A DNA stretch of 32,000 bases from Xanthomonas campestris pv. campestris str. ATCC 33913 (GCF_000007145.1 NC_003902.1:5003426-5035425), one strand, 5' to 3'. Shown: positions 16,401 through 24,613, numbered from the stretch's first letter. Program-made: numbers and translations. The notes: a model not told the origin generated them from the letters alone.

Positions 16401-18665
16401 GGCATACGTGTATGGCGCGGTTCCGCCGCTGGCGCTGAGCGTCTGGCTGTAGACCGTGCCGCGCGTGGCCGCCGGCAGCGCAGTGGGCGCGACCACGATG
16501 ACAGGTGCTGCGATGGTCAGCGTGTAGCTGCGGCTGGCCTGCGCCGCCGGGCTGGGCGTGCTGTCGGACACGGTCAGGGTGAAGTTGAACGTGCCCGCCA
16601 CGGTCGGCGTGCCGCTGAGTCCACCGGTCGCCACGTCCACGACCACACCCGTCGGCAACGCACCGGCGGTCAGTGCATAGCTGTAAGGCGCGGTGCCGCC
16701 CGTGGCGGGCGTGATCGACGCGGAGTACGCCTGCCCGGCGGTACCTGCCGGCAAGCTGCTTGCCGGCAACACCAGGTTCGGGCCAGCCACGGTCAGGCTG
16801 TAGGCCTGATTGGCGGTGAAGCTCCCCGCATCGGTGGCGGTCACGGTGAAGTTGAAGCTGCCTTCCACCGTTGCGGTACCCGACAGCGTGCCGTTGCTGG
16901 CCAGGGTGAGGCCGGCCGGCAATGCGCCACTGGCGAGTGCGTAGGTGTACGGCGCGGTGCCGCCACTGGCGCTCAGCGTCTGGCTGTAGGCAGTGCCACG
17001 CGTGGCGGCCGGCAGCGTGGACGGCGCAACCACAATCGGCGGCGCGGCGATGTTCAAGGTGTAACCGCGTGTGCCCTGCGAGGGCGTGCCGCTGGTGCTG
17101 TCGGTGGCGGTCACGCTGAAGGCAAAGCTGCCCACGCTGCCGGGGGTGCCGGTCAAGGCGCCGCTGCTGCCATTGAGCGTGATGCCCGCCGGCAGGGCGC
17201 CGGCAGTGACGGCGTAGGTATACGGCGGAATGCCGCCGGTCGCTGGGTTGAGCGCCCCCGAATAAGCCTGGCCTGCAGTGCCGGCCGGCAAGCTGGTCGC
17301 CGGCAAGGTCACCGTCGCGCCGGCCACGGTCAACGTGTAGGCACGGTTGCCGCTGGTGGGACTGCCGCCGCTATCGGTAGCGGTGGCGGTGAAGTTGAAG
17401 CTGCCGGTGGCCGTGGGCGTGCCGGACAGCACGCCGGCAGCGCTCAGGGTCAGCCCGGCCGGCAACGCACCGGCAGTGACGGCGAAGCTGTACGGCGCGG
17501 TGCCGCCGCTGGCGCTCAGGTTCTGGCTGTAGGCGCTGCCCGCGGTCGCCGCCGGCAGCGATGCCGGCCCGACCGTCACCACCACGTCGTCGTTGAGGAT
17601 GGTGCCGGCGCCGGTGGCGCGCGCGATGCTTGCGTTGCTGGCACCGGACAGGCCGACGCTGAAGGTCTCGTTGGGTTCGAGCGCGGTATCGCCGTTGACG
17701 GTGATGGCCACGCCTTGCGCGGTGGTGCCGGGCGCGAACGTCAGGGTGCCGGAACGCGCGACATAGTCGCTGCCGGCGGTGGCAGTACCGTCGGCGCTGG
17801 CGTAATTGACCGACACGGTCTGGCCGCTGGCCGCGCTCAGGGTCACCGTGAAGGTGGCCGTGGTGGTGCCGCTGTTGCCTTCGTTGACGCTGACGTCGTC
17901 GATCGACAGCGAAGGCAGCGCATCGTCGTTGACGATGGTGCCCTGGCCTTGGGCGTCGCTGACCCCGGCGCCGCTGACGTTGCTGACGTTGACGAAGAAG
18001 GTCTCGTTGGGTTCGCTGAGCGTGTCGCCGTTGACCAGCACGGTGAAAGTCGCGCTGCTACTACCAGCGGGGATGGTCTGCCCGGTGAGGCTGGAGGCGA
18101 CGTAGTCCACGCCTGCGATGGCTGAGCCATCGGCGGTGGCGATATCGAAGCTGGCGCCGCCGGCACCGGCCGGCTGGCTGAGCGAGACGGTGAAGGTGGC
18201 ATTGCTCGTGCCGGCATTGCCTTCATTCACCGAGACGTCGTTGATCGACAGCGTCGGCTGGCTCGGGGTGATGGTGATGTTGACAGTGATGATGTCGCTC
18301 CGGCCATCTTCTAGCGGGAACGTATCGCTGGTGGCGTTGTCACCGTTATGGGTGTAGGTGACGATCTGCGTGCCCTGGGCGCCGCTTGGGTTGGGAACGA
18401 CGATCGTGCCGTGCGCAGGTTGCACACCGTTCCAGCCAACGCCGATATCGTCTACCCCCGTGCCATCGCAGGTCGTTACGTCGATCTGTACCGAACCGCC
18501 CTGCACCACAGTGGCGTTCAAGGTCGGGCAGTAGGTCGAGGCTTGCGCCATCGCCCAGCCTGGTGCCAAGAGCGTCATCGCGAACAGGACAAACATCACG
18601 ACCAAACGTGCGCGGCCGCCGGTGGCGTCCGCTAGAAACCTACGCTGCTTGTTCACTGTCCACAC
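13437..18665 (-). CDS. Large autotransporter adhesin-like protein (1742 aa): signal peptide, 2 Calx-beta domains, 9 He_PIG-type Ig-like repeats, a cadherin/Ig-like region and a C-terminal autotransporter beta-barrel
   Basis: The signal peptide is ...LFAMTLLAPGWAMA-QA. The Calx-beta signatures are AGVDYVASSLTGQTIPAGSSSATFTVLVNGDTLSEPNETF and AGSDYVARSGTLTFAPGTTAQGVAITVNGDTALEPNETF. Repeats follow the pattern LPAGTAGQAYS..GGTAPYSYAL.AGALP.G..L....G.LSGTPT..G.FNFT. The C-terminal roughly 280 aa are beta-barrel-like (GLWVGGAIRSGSLDRQ...GADYRL...) and end in an aromatic residue (KKY). Confidence 0.9.
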   Translation of the reverse strand: MWTVNKQRRFLADATGGRARLVVMFVLFAMTLLAPGWAMAQASTYCPTLNATVVQGGSVQIDVTTCDGTGVDDIGVGWNGVQPAHGTIVVPNPSGAQGTQIVTYTHNGDNATSDTFPLEDGRSDIITVNITITPSQPTLSINDVSVNEGNAGTSNATFTVSLSQPAGAGGASFDIATADGSAIAGVDYVASSLTGQTIPAGSSSATFTVLVNGDTLSEPNETFFVNVSNVSGAGVSDAQGQGTIVNDDALPSLSIDDVSVNEGNSGTTTATFTVTLSAASGQTVSVNYASADGTATAGSDYVARSGTLTFAPGTTAQGVAITVNGDTALEPNETFSVGLSGASNASIARATGAGTILNDDVVVTVGPASLPAATAGSAYSQNLSASGGTAPYSFAVTAGALPAGLTLSAAGVLSGTPTATGSFNFTATATDSGGSPTSGNRAYTLTVAGATVTLPATSLPAGTAGQAYSGALNPATGGIPPYTYAVTAGALPAGITLNGSSGALTGTPGSVGSFAFSVTATDSTSGTPSQGTRGYTLNIAAPPIVVAPSTLPAATRGTAYSQTLSASGGTAPYTYALASGALPAGLTLASNGTLSGTATVEGSFNFTVTATDAGSFTANQAYSLTVAGPNLVLPASSLPAGTAGQAYSASITPATGGTAPYSYALTAGALPTGVVVDVATGGLSGTPTVAGTFNFTLTVSDSTPSPAAQASRSYTLTIAAPVIVVAPTALPAATRGTVYSQTLSASGGTAPYTYAVSAGNVPAGLTLASNGTLSGTATVEGSFNFTVTATDANTFTASQAYAVTVAGPNLALPASSLPAGTAGQAYAATIAPATGGTAPYSYALSAGVLPNGVVLDTATGGLSGMPTLSGTFNFTLTVTDSTPSPAAQASQSYTLSIAAPVIVVAPTALPAATRGTAYSQVLTASGGTAPYTYEVNAGSAPAGLTLASNGTLSGNPTVEGGFNFTVTATDANNFTASQAYVLTVASPNLALPASNLPAGTAGQAYTAAISPVTGGTAPYSYALTAGALPSGVVLDAATGTLSGTPTVSGTFNFTLTVTDSTPSPAAQANQSYTLSIAGATLVPSQPTLPPAVRGTPYSQVLTATGGVAPYTYSVASGTLPAGLTLASNGVLSGTPTAEGSTSFTIAVADAGNATATQAYTFTVSTAAPVAVADTAATMSDAAVTVPVTANDTGNITAIAIATAPTNGTAAVNGLELVYTPAAGFVGTDVVSYTVTGSGGTSAAATVTIAVNARPIAVSVTAEAVPGAASQVDLTRDATGGPFVAAAVVAVLPASAGTATITQVGGAAAAAARTSGFVPAATAQASSPSFMLTFVANPAFVGQATVQFTLSNAFATSAAASVTFTVAPRRDPSVDAEVRGLIDAQSESTRRFAKAQIDNFQRRLEATHRGGSTLSNAVTFQPTSHCRQADRGISAQPCSPDTQDADNEFRDAPAMATGGTGGAQGQGDLGLWVGGAIRSGSLDRQANTNGVDFQTDGLSVGADYRLAPSLAVGAGLGWGRDDSDVGRNGSHSKATAYTMALYASFHPGKAFFFDTLVGYQLLSYDLRRFVTDDASMAEGSRDGKQWIASLSSGADLQRGNLQITPYARVDVARATLDGYVEDGIAPFALRYDDMDVATTTGNLGLRLEWRRDVAWGRLTPQVRVEYQRDFQGRGDATLGYADIIGGPVYRTGQNAFDRNRLMVGIGAALLTEQGLSTRLEYRGITDGDSGNDQTWMINLEKKY
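15180..17575. repeat. Tandem DNA repeats encoding the Ig-like domain array; the central copies form a two-domain unit of about 537-540 bp
   Basis: GATGACAGGTGC[C/T]GC[A/G]ATG recurs at 15960 and 16497. Related junctions occur near 15430 and 17037. Long stretches between the copies are near-identical by eye. Confidence 0.8.
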
Positions 18666-18912
18666 CCCTGGAGCGCGCCATCCCCGGCGCCGGCAACGAT
18701 CCTCGTGCCTGAAGGCAACGCCGCCCTAGAGATTTTCCCCTTCGGCATTGCGAGCGTATTTGAACAGGAACTGACTGACGAATAAACAATGAAAACTTAA
18801 TACTTCATTCCAGTTCTAGATATTCCAGGCTTGCTCAATCAGAACTGGACAAGTATCTGTACGAATGACCCCGACACGCGGTCGGTGTTGCACTTACGGG
18901 AAGGAAATCCGC
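18666..18912. promoter_or_regulatory. AT-rich divergent intergenic region between the autotransporter gene and the tail-collar cassette
   Basis: This 247-bp gap is markedly less GC-rich than its flanks (for example AATAAACAATGAAAACTTAATACTTCATTCCAGTTCTAGATATTCC). Its position implies divergent promoters. No individual -35/-10 box could be called with confidence. Confidence 0.4.
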
Positions 18913-19458
18913 ATGAGCGAGTTTTTCATGGGTCAGATCATGATGACCGGCTTCGTTTTCGCGCCAAAATATTTCGCGCAGTGCAATGGGCAGTTGCTGC
19001 CGGTCAACCAGAACCAGGCGCTCTTCAGCTTGCTTGGTACGCGTTTCGGCGGCAATGGAAGTACCACCTTCGCGCTGCCGGACATGCGCGGGCGCACCCC
19101 GGTCGGCTTTGCGCCATCTGCAGATCCGGCCTGGCAACCTTCGCCGCTACCGATGGGCCAGAACTCCGGCGCCGAGAACGTTTCGCTGCTGCCCGACAAC
19201 CTGCCAGCGCACAACCATTCGCTGGAGGGTTCCAGCGCTGCGGGCAACAACCGTAGTCCCAGCGGCCGCTCTTTCGGCACCAATGCCAGCACGACCGGTC
19301 CGGCCACCGCGCTGTATGCGGCGCCGGGACCCCTGGTGGCAATGAATCCAGCAACCGTGGCTCAGGCCGGTGGCAGCCAGCCGCATCCGAACCTGCAGCC
19401 GTACACCACGCTCAATTTCTGCATCGCGCTGTCCGGCATCTTTCCCTCGCGCAGCTAG
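18913..19458 (+). CDS. Phage-tail-collar-domain protein (MdpB/COG4675-like), paralog 1
   Basis: MSEFFMGQIMMTGFVFAPKYFAQCNGQLLPVNQNQALFSLLGTRFGGNGSTTFALPDMRGRTPVG ... PNLQPYTTLNFCIALSGIFPSRS. GGAAGGAAA lies upstream of the ATG at 18913. The ORF-track start at 18865 adds a non-homologous extension. Confidence 0.85.
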   Translation: MSEFFMGQIMMTGFVFAPKYFAQCNGQLLPVNQNQALFSLLGTRFGGNGSTTFALPDMRGRTPVGFAPSADPAWQPSPLPMGQNSGAENVSLLPDNLPAHNHSLEGSSAAGNNRSPSGRSFGTNASTTGPATALYAAPGPLVAMNPATVAQAGGSQPHPNLQPYTTLNFCIALSGIFPSRS

Positions 19459-19532
19459 CGCGGCGCCTGCATTTCATAAACGCAGCGTGCCACCGCCGCG
19501 GGGCAGCGCGCCCATCGACCAGAAAGGACACC

Positions 19533-20060
19533 ATGGCCACTCCATTCATCGGCGAGATCCGCATGTTCGGCTTCGGGCGTACTCCGCAAGGCTGGCAGGC
19601 CTGCGACGGCAGCCTGTTATCGATCTCCGACTACGAGGTGCTGTTCATGCTGATCGGCAACACCTACGGCGGCGATGGGCAGAACACCTTCGCGGTACCG
19701 GATCTGCGCGGGCGCGTGCCGCTGCATCAAGGCCAGGGCCCGGGCCTGAGCAACTACGTGATCGCCCAGACGGCTGGCACCGAGTCAGTTGCACTGACCG
19801 GACTGCAGTTGCCGGCGCACACACATACGTTGGTGGCCACAACCGCTGCCGCGACGGCCACCGCGCCGTCCGGCCTATTGCCTGGCACAGTCACCGGCGA
19901 CGTGTTCTACGCGACCGACACCACCGGTGCCACGGCAGCGCCGATGGCCACGCAGTCGACCACGATCACCGGCGGTGGCCTGGCGCACGAGAACACCATG
20001 CCGACCTTGACGGTGCAGTACTGCATTTCCACTGTCGGCATTTTCCCGCAGCAGAGCTGA
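19533..20060 (+). CDS. Phage-tail-collar-domain protein (MdpB/COG4675-like), paralog 2
   Basis: MATPFIGEIRMFGFGRTPQGWQACDGSLLSISDYEVLFMLIGNTYGGDGQNTFAVPDLRGRVPL ... ENTMPTLTVQYCISTVGIFPQQS. AAAGGA lies upstream. Confidence 0.85.
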   Translation: MATPFIGEIRMFGFGRTPQGWQACDGSLLSISDYEVLFMLIGNTYGGDGQNTFAVPDLRGRVPLHQGQGPGLSNYVIAQTAGTESVALTGLQLPAHTHTLVATTAAATATAPSGLLPGTVTGDVFYATDTTGATAAPMATQSTTITGGGLAHENTMPTLTVQYCISTVGIFPQQS

Positions 20061-20120
20061 GCCCATTCACCGCGCCGCGCTCGGTGCGGTGCCTGCACGT
20101 TCTATAGAAGGACCGCGTTC

Positions 20121-20660
20121 ATGACCGAACCCTATATCGGCGAAATCCAGCTGTTCGGCTTCGATTTCAATCCCGTCGGCTGGGCGTTGTGCAACGGCGC
20201 CACGCTGCCGCTGCAGCAGAACACCACGCTGTACTCGCTGCTGGGCATCGTCTATGGCGGTAACGGCACGACCACGTTTCAACTGCCTAACTTCTGTGGA
20301 CGCGCCGGCTGCGAGCAGGGGCAGGGCCCGGGACTGAGCAGCCGGCAGTTGGGCAATAGCTTCGGCACGGCCGCCGTGAGCCTGTTGCCCACGCAGATCC
20401 CGCCGCACCAGCATGGCGTCAGCGCGTTCACGCAACCGGATTCGACCAAGAAAAGCGGCACGCCCGCCAATGGCGCAGCGCTTTCAGCGCTGGGCGGCAG
20501 CACAGCACGCCCGTTCGTGACGGTGACACAACCCGACACCCAGTTCTCGCCGGCGGCGCTGCTGCCAACCGGCAACGGCCTGGCCCACCAGAACCAGCAA
20601 CCGTATCTGGCGGTGAATTTCTGCATTGCGTTGTCTGGCACCTATCCACAGTTCGATTGA
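20121..20660 (+). CDS. Phage-tail-collar-domain protein (MdpB/COG4675-like), paralog 3
   Basis: MTEPYIGEIQLFGFDFNPVGWALCNGATLPLQQNTTLYSLLGIVYGGNGTTTFQLPNFCGR ... QNQQPYLAVNFCIALSGTYPQFD. GAAGGA lies upstream. Confidence 0.85.
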   Translation: MTEPYIGEIQLFGFDFNPVGWALCNGATLPLQQNTTLYSLLGIVYGGNGTTTFQLPNFCGRAGCEQGQGPGLSSRQLGNSFGTAAVSLLPTQIPPHQHGVSAFTQPDSTKKSGTPANGAALSALGGSTARPFVTVTQPDTQFSPAALLPTGNGLAHQNQQPYLAVNFCIALSGTYPQFD

Positions 20661-20664
20661 CGCC

Positions 20665-21237
20665 ATGCAGGGCGAAGCTTCCGCGACTCCAGCGAGCGTG
20701 CATCCGCAAGCAGAATGCGAGCGCATGCCTGCACTGCTTGCGCACCGCATCACACTGCGCGCCGAACACGACACCGATGTGCCTTGGCTACGCAATCTCT
20801 ATGCCAGCGCACGCAGCGACGAACTGGCGCACGTCCCCTGGCCGGAGACGACCAAGCGCGCGTTTGTGGATCAGCAGTTCGCGCTGCAGCGCACGCATTA
20901 TCGGCAGCATTATCGCGACGCCGACTTTCTGATCGTACAGACGCCGGACGAACGCATCGGCCGGCTGTATCTTCAACGCGCAGCCGTGCAGCACGTGCTG
21001 GTCGATATCAGTTTGTTACCGCATTGGCGCGGCAGGGGCGTGGGCACCGCATTGATCATGCATGCGCAGGCGTTGGCGCAGGCCGCAGGCTGTGGCGTGG
21101 CATTGCACGTCTTTCATGCCAATCCTGCGGCGCGCCGGCTTTATACGCGCCTGGGCTTTCTCGCAGGCGACGCCAGCAGTACCCACCTTGCGATGCACTG
21201 GCAGCCCGCCGAGAGGGCGGCCACGCCGCTCAGTTGA
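20665..21237 (+). CDS. GNAT-family N-acetyltransferase
   Basis: The acetyl-CoA-binding core is LVDISLLPHWRGRGVGTALIMHAQALAQAAGCGVALHVFHANPAARRLYTRLGF. The ATG at 20665 lies 4 nt after the stop of paralog 3. An alternative start at 20725 (MPALLAHRITL) would give about 170 aa. Confidence 0.8.
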   Translation: MQGEASATPASVHPQAECERMPALLAHRITLRAEHDTDVPWLRNLYASARSDELAHVPWPETTKRAFVDQQFALQRTHYRQHYRDADFLIVQTPDERIGRLYLQRAAVQHVLVDISLLPHWRGRGVGTALIMHAQALAQAAGCGVALHVFHANPAARRLYTRLGFLAGDASSTHLAMHWQPAERAATPLS

Positions 21238-21586
21238 ATATCGCCTGATACAAAAAGCCGTCGCGCTCGCGTGCTACCGGCACAAGAAATACCCCGACCT
21301 CGCCCAGCCGGCTGTGCCGCAGCTGATAGATCTGCTGCGGAAACAGAAACGCCGAACTGTTGCGGAACAGCAGCGAGAACGGCGCCCGGTGCACCGCCTG
21401 CGTGGTCGGAAGCGGGCGTGCCTCGACCAGCACGAAGGGAATCTCGCCGTCGTTCAAGGCAGCAGAGAAGTTGTCGTTGACGCTTCCTGCGAAGTGTTCC
21501 AGGGTCAGCAAATCCATCTGCACGCTCGGGCTGGCTAAGGCGGCTCCATCATCTACGTGCAGGCATACCTCACACAACGTAGCCAT
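21230..21586 (-). CDS. Small conserved-looking hypothetical protein, convergent with the GNAT gene
   Basis: The sequence is MATLCEV...MDLLTLEHFAGSVNDNFSAALNDGEIPFVLVEARPLPTTQAVHRAPFSLLFRNSSAFLFPQQIYQLRHSRLGEVGVFLVPVARERDGFLYQAIFN. The pattern FSLLF...Q.IY.L.H..LG...FLVP......YQAIFN looks like a conserved family of unknown function. The start is uncertain: 21586, or 21517 (MDLLTLEHF). The upstream part of the ORF-track version (to 21757) looks non-coding. Confidence 0.6.
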   Translation of the reverse strand: MATLCEVCLHVDDGAALASPSVQMDLLTLEHFAGSVNDNFSAALNDGEIPFVLVEARPLPTTQAVHRAPFSLLFRNSSAFLFPQQIYQLRHSRLGEVGVFLVPVARERDGFLYQAIFN

Positions 21587-21756
21587 GTACGAACCCCGTG
21601 CTGCGTCACGCTCGTGAGACGGGGCGTTGCAGTTGTGGGGGCGTTGGCCATCTGCCTGCGGTACAGGCGCATGCGACAATACTGCACGCACCGGTTCGGT
21701 TATGTTCAGCCGTGTGACGGTTACTCTATCGCGTTGGAATTCTGTTAAAGGCTGCA

Positions 21757-22551
21757 ATGACGGCGTCCGAATCCCCTGTCGTGCAATTGTCCGGTGTCCG
21801 CATCGATCGCGGCGGACGCGCGATCCTGCGCGACGTGTCGCTGGATGTCCCGCGCGGCAGCATCACGGCCGTGCTCGGTCCCTCCGGCAGCGGCAAGTCC
21901 ACCTTGCTGGCGGCACTGACGGGCGAATTGCGCCCGGTGGCCGGCCGCGTGACCTTGTTCGGCCAGGAAATTCCGCGCGGTAGCCGGGCGCTGCTGGAGA
22001 TGCGCCGCAATGTTGGCGTGCTGCTGCAGGGCAATGGCTTGTTGACCGACCTGAGCGTGGCCGACAACGTCGCGCTGCCGCTGCGCACGCATACCCGCCT
22101 GCCGGCGCCGGTGCTGCAGCGCCTGGTGCAGATGAAGCTGCATGCGGTGGGCCTGCTGGCCGCGGCCGATGCCTGGCCGCGCGAGTTGTCCGGCGGCATG
22201 GCGCGGCGTGTGGCACTGGCGCGCGCGCTGGCGCTGGACCCGCCGCTGATGATCTACGACGAGCCGCTGACCGGGCTGGACCCGATCGCCTCGGGCGTGA
22301 TCATGAGCCTGATCCAGCGCCTCAACGACAGCCTGGACCTGACCAGCATCATCGTCAGCCACCACGTGCACGAGACGCTGCCGATCTGCGACCAGGCGGT
22401 GGTGATCGCCAATGGCGGCATCGTGTTCGCCGGCACCCCCGAGCAGCTGCAGGACAGCACCGACCCGCTCGTGCAGCAGTTCCTGCACGGCCAGCCGGAC
22501 GGCCCGATCCCGTTCGATGCGGCGCCGCGCCGCGACCGGAGTGCCGCCTGA
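21757..22551 (+). CDS. mlaF: Phospholipid ABC transporter ATP-binding protein MlaF
   Basis: It has Walker A GPSGSGKSTLL and the ABC signature LSGGMARRVALARAL. It is first in the mla gene order. Confidence 0.93.
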   Translation: MTASESPVVQLSGVRIDRGGRAILRDVSLDVPRGSITAVLGPSGSGKSTLLAALTGELRPVAGRVTLFGQEIPRGSRALLEMRRNVGVLLQGNGLLTDLSVADNVALPLRTHTRLPAPVLQRLVQMKLHAVGLLAAADAWPRELSGGMARRVALARALALDPPLMIYDEPLTGLDPIASGVIMSLIQRLNDSLDLTSIIVSHHVHETLPICDQAVVIANGGIVFAGTPEQLQDSTDPLVQQFLHGQPDGPIPFDAAPRRDRSAA

Positions 22552-23300
22552 TGGCCATTGCCGAATCGATCCGTGCCTTCGGCCGCGCCGGGCTGTTCTC
22601 GCTGACCGTGCTGCGCGGCTCGCTGCCCACACGCGACTTCATTGCCGAGCTGGTGCGCGAGATCTACAAGGTCGGCGCGCGCTCGCTGCCGATCATCGCC
22701 GTGGGTGGCGCCTTCGTCGGCTTGGTGCTGACGCTGCAGGGCTACCGCACGCTCACCACCTATGGCGCCTCCGATGCGCTGTCCACCTTGCTCGGCCTGT
22801 CGCTGTACCGCGAGCTGGCGCCGGTGCTGACCGCGCTGCTGTTCATTGGCCGCGCCGGCAGTTCGATCGCCGCCGAGCTCGGCCTGATGCGCGCTACCGA
22901 CCAGATCAAGGCGCTGGAGCTGATGGCCATCGACCCGATTGCCAAGGCGGTGGCGCCGCGGTTCTGGGCCGCGGTGCTGACGGTGCCGTTGTTGACCGGC
23001 GTGTTCTGCTCGCTGGCCATTACCGGCGGCTATTTCGAAGCCGTCCACGTGCTGGGCATCGACAATGGCACCTTCTGGTCGGGGCTGAGCAACAGCGTGG
23101 ATTTCTGGGACGACTTCGGCGTGGCGATGCTCAAGTCGGCGATCTTCGGCGGTACTGCTGCGCTGGTGGCCGCCTACGTGGGCTTCCATGCCGAGCCCAC
23201 CATCGAAGGCACCTCGATCGCCACCACGCGCGCGGTGGTCAACGCCTCGCTGCTGGTGCTGATGTTCAATTTCGTGCTGTCGGCCATGTTGTTCCGATGA
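22551..23300 (+). CDS. mlaE: Phospholipid ABC transporter permease MlaE
   Basis: RELAPVLTALLFIGRAGSSIAAELGLMRATDQIKALELMAIDPI is typical of MlaE. Its ATG overlaps the mlaF TGA (TGATG). Confidence 0.93.
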   Translation: MAIAESIRAFGRAGLFSLTVLRGSLPTRDFIAELVREIYKVGARSLPIIAVGGAFVGLVLTLQGYRTLTTYGASDALSTLLGLSLYRELAPVLTALLFIGRAGSSIAAELGLMRATDQIKALELMAIDPIAKAVAPRFWAAVLTVPLLTGVFCSLAITGGYFEAVHVLGIDNGTFWSGLSNSVDFWDDFGVAMLKSAIFGGTAALVAAYVGFHAEPTIEGTSIATTRAVVNASLLVLMFNFVLSAMLFR

Positions 23301-23408
23301 TCCGCCGCTCTTCTCGCACCCGCCCGCAACATGCGGTGTGTGGACCCACCGAACCATCCGCTCCGATCCGCGTCGGGGCACCTGCACCACCAGGAGTGAG
23401 ATAACCCC

Positions 23409-23951
23409 ATGGCCATGCGTGGACCACGACTCGAATTTGCCGTCGGCGCGTTTCTGCTGCTGACCCTGGCCTCGCTGCTGGTACTGGCGGTGGCCTCGAC
23501 CAACCAGCGCTGGGGCTTTGGCTCCAGCCAGTACACCCTGATTGCGCGCTTCAGCCAGATCGGCCAGCTGCGCCCGCAGGCGCCGGTGAAGATCGGCGGC
23601 GTCACCATTGGCAAGGTCTCCGACATTAGTCTGGATCCGACCAAGTTCGATTCGGTGGTGACCCTGTCGCTGGACACCAAATACAAGGATCTGCCCGCCG
23701 ACACCTCGGCCGGCATCTTCACCAGCGGCCTGCTGGGCGAGAGCTATATCGGGCTGCAGCCGGGCGGCGACCCGGAGACGCTCAAGCCGGGCGAAGAAAT
23801 CGGCTTCACCCAACCGGCGGTGGATCTGCTGCAGCTGGTCGGCAAATACATGTTCAGTGGTGGCGGCGGCAGCAGTAATGCCCCCGCTGCCAACGGCCAG
23901 GCGCCCGCGCCTGCGCAGCCCGCCTCCCCCTCTACGGAACCAACCCCATGA
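23409..23951 (+). CDS. mlaD: MCE-domain periplasmic component MlaD
   Basis: It has an N-terminal TM anchor (FAVGAFLLLTLASLLVLAV), an MCE core (APVKIGGVTIGKVSDISLD) and a Pro/Ala-rich tail. Confidence 0.9.
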   Translation: MAMRGPRLEFAVGAFLLLTLASLLVLAVASTNQRWGFGSSQYTLIARFSQIGQLRPQAPVKIGGVTIGKVSDISLDPTKFDSVVTLSLDTKYKDLPADTSAGIFTSGLLGESYIGLQPGGDPETLKPGEEIGFTQPAVDLLQLVGKYMFSGGGGSSNAPAANGQAPAPAQPASPSTEPTP

Positions 23952-24613
23952 AGACCACCCTGCTCTCCGCTGTCCTGGCCTCGACCCTGCTGGTGTGCGC
24001 ACCGGCCACGGTGCTGGCACAGCCGGCCACCTCCAGCGCGCCTGCTGCCCAGGGCGCGGCCACCAAGACCGTCATCGACAGCAGCACCCGCATCCTGTCC
24101 ACGCTGGATCAGCGCCGCGCCGAATTCCGCGGCAACCCGGCCGCCCTGCGCCAGTACATCAATGGCGAATTGAACAAGGCCTTCGATCGTGATTACTCGG
24201 CCCGCCTGGTGCTGGGCGTGCACGGCCGCGGTGCCTCCGATGCGGACGTCAAGCTGTTTGCCGATGCGCTGGCCGAGAACCTGATGCAGCGTTACGGCAC
24301 TGCCCTGTTGAACTTCGAAGGCAAGCCGACCTTCCGCGCCAAGTCTGAAAGCGCGCTGCCGGGCAACCGCGGCGTCAAGGTTTCCACCGACCTGCTGCGC
24401 GCCGGCAACGACCCGACCCCGGTCGACTACCTGATGCGCAACAGCGGCGGCCAATGGAAGATCTTCGACGTGATGATCGAAGGCATTTCCTACGTGCAGA
24501 CCTTCAAGACCCAGTTCGACGGCCCGCTGCGCGAAAAGGGCATCGCCAAGGTCGCGGCCGACCTGCGCAGCGGCAACCTGCAGGTGGGTGCGACACCGGC
24601 CAATGGCCAGTAA
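23948..24613 (+). CDS. mlaC: Periplasmic phospholipid-binding protein MlaC (Ttg2D family)
   Basis: The signal peptide is MKTTLLSAVLASTLLVCAPATVLA. The C-terminal region WKIFDVMIEGISYVQTFKTQF is Ttg2D-like. It has an ATGA overlap with mlaD. Confidence 0.9.
   Translation: MKTTLLSAVLASTLLVCAPATVLAQPATSSAPAAQGAATKTVIDSSTRILSTLDQRRAEFRGNPAALRQYINGELNKAFDRDYSARLVLGVHGRGASDADVKLFADALAENLMQRYGTALLNFEGKPTFRAKSESALPGNRGVKVSTDLLRAGNDPTPVDYLMRNSGGQWKIFDVMIEGISYVQTFKTQFDGPLREKGIAKVAADLRSGNLQVGATPANGQ

Noticed and set aside
18913-20660. Tail-collar genes as evidence of a prophage or tailocin
   Set aside because: No other phage structural, lysis, regulatory or integration genes occur in the window. No att-like repeats were seen. 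The flanks are core genes. I treat it as a domesticated, stand-alone cassette instead (see findings).
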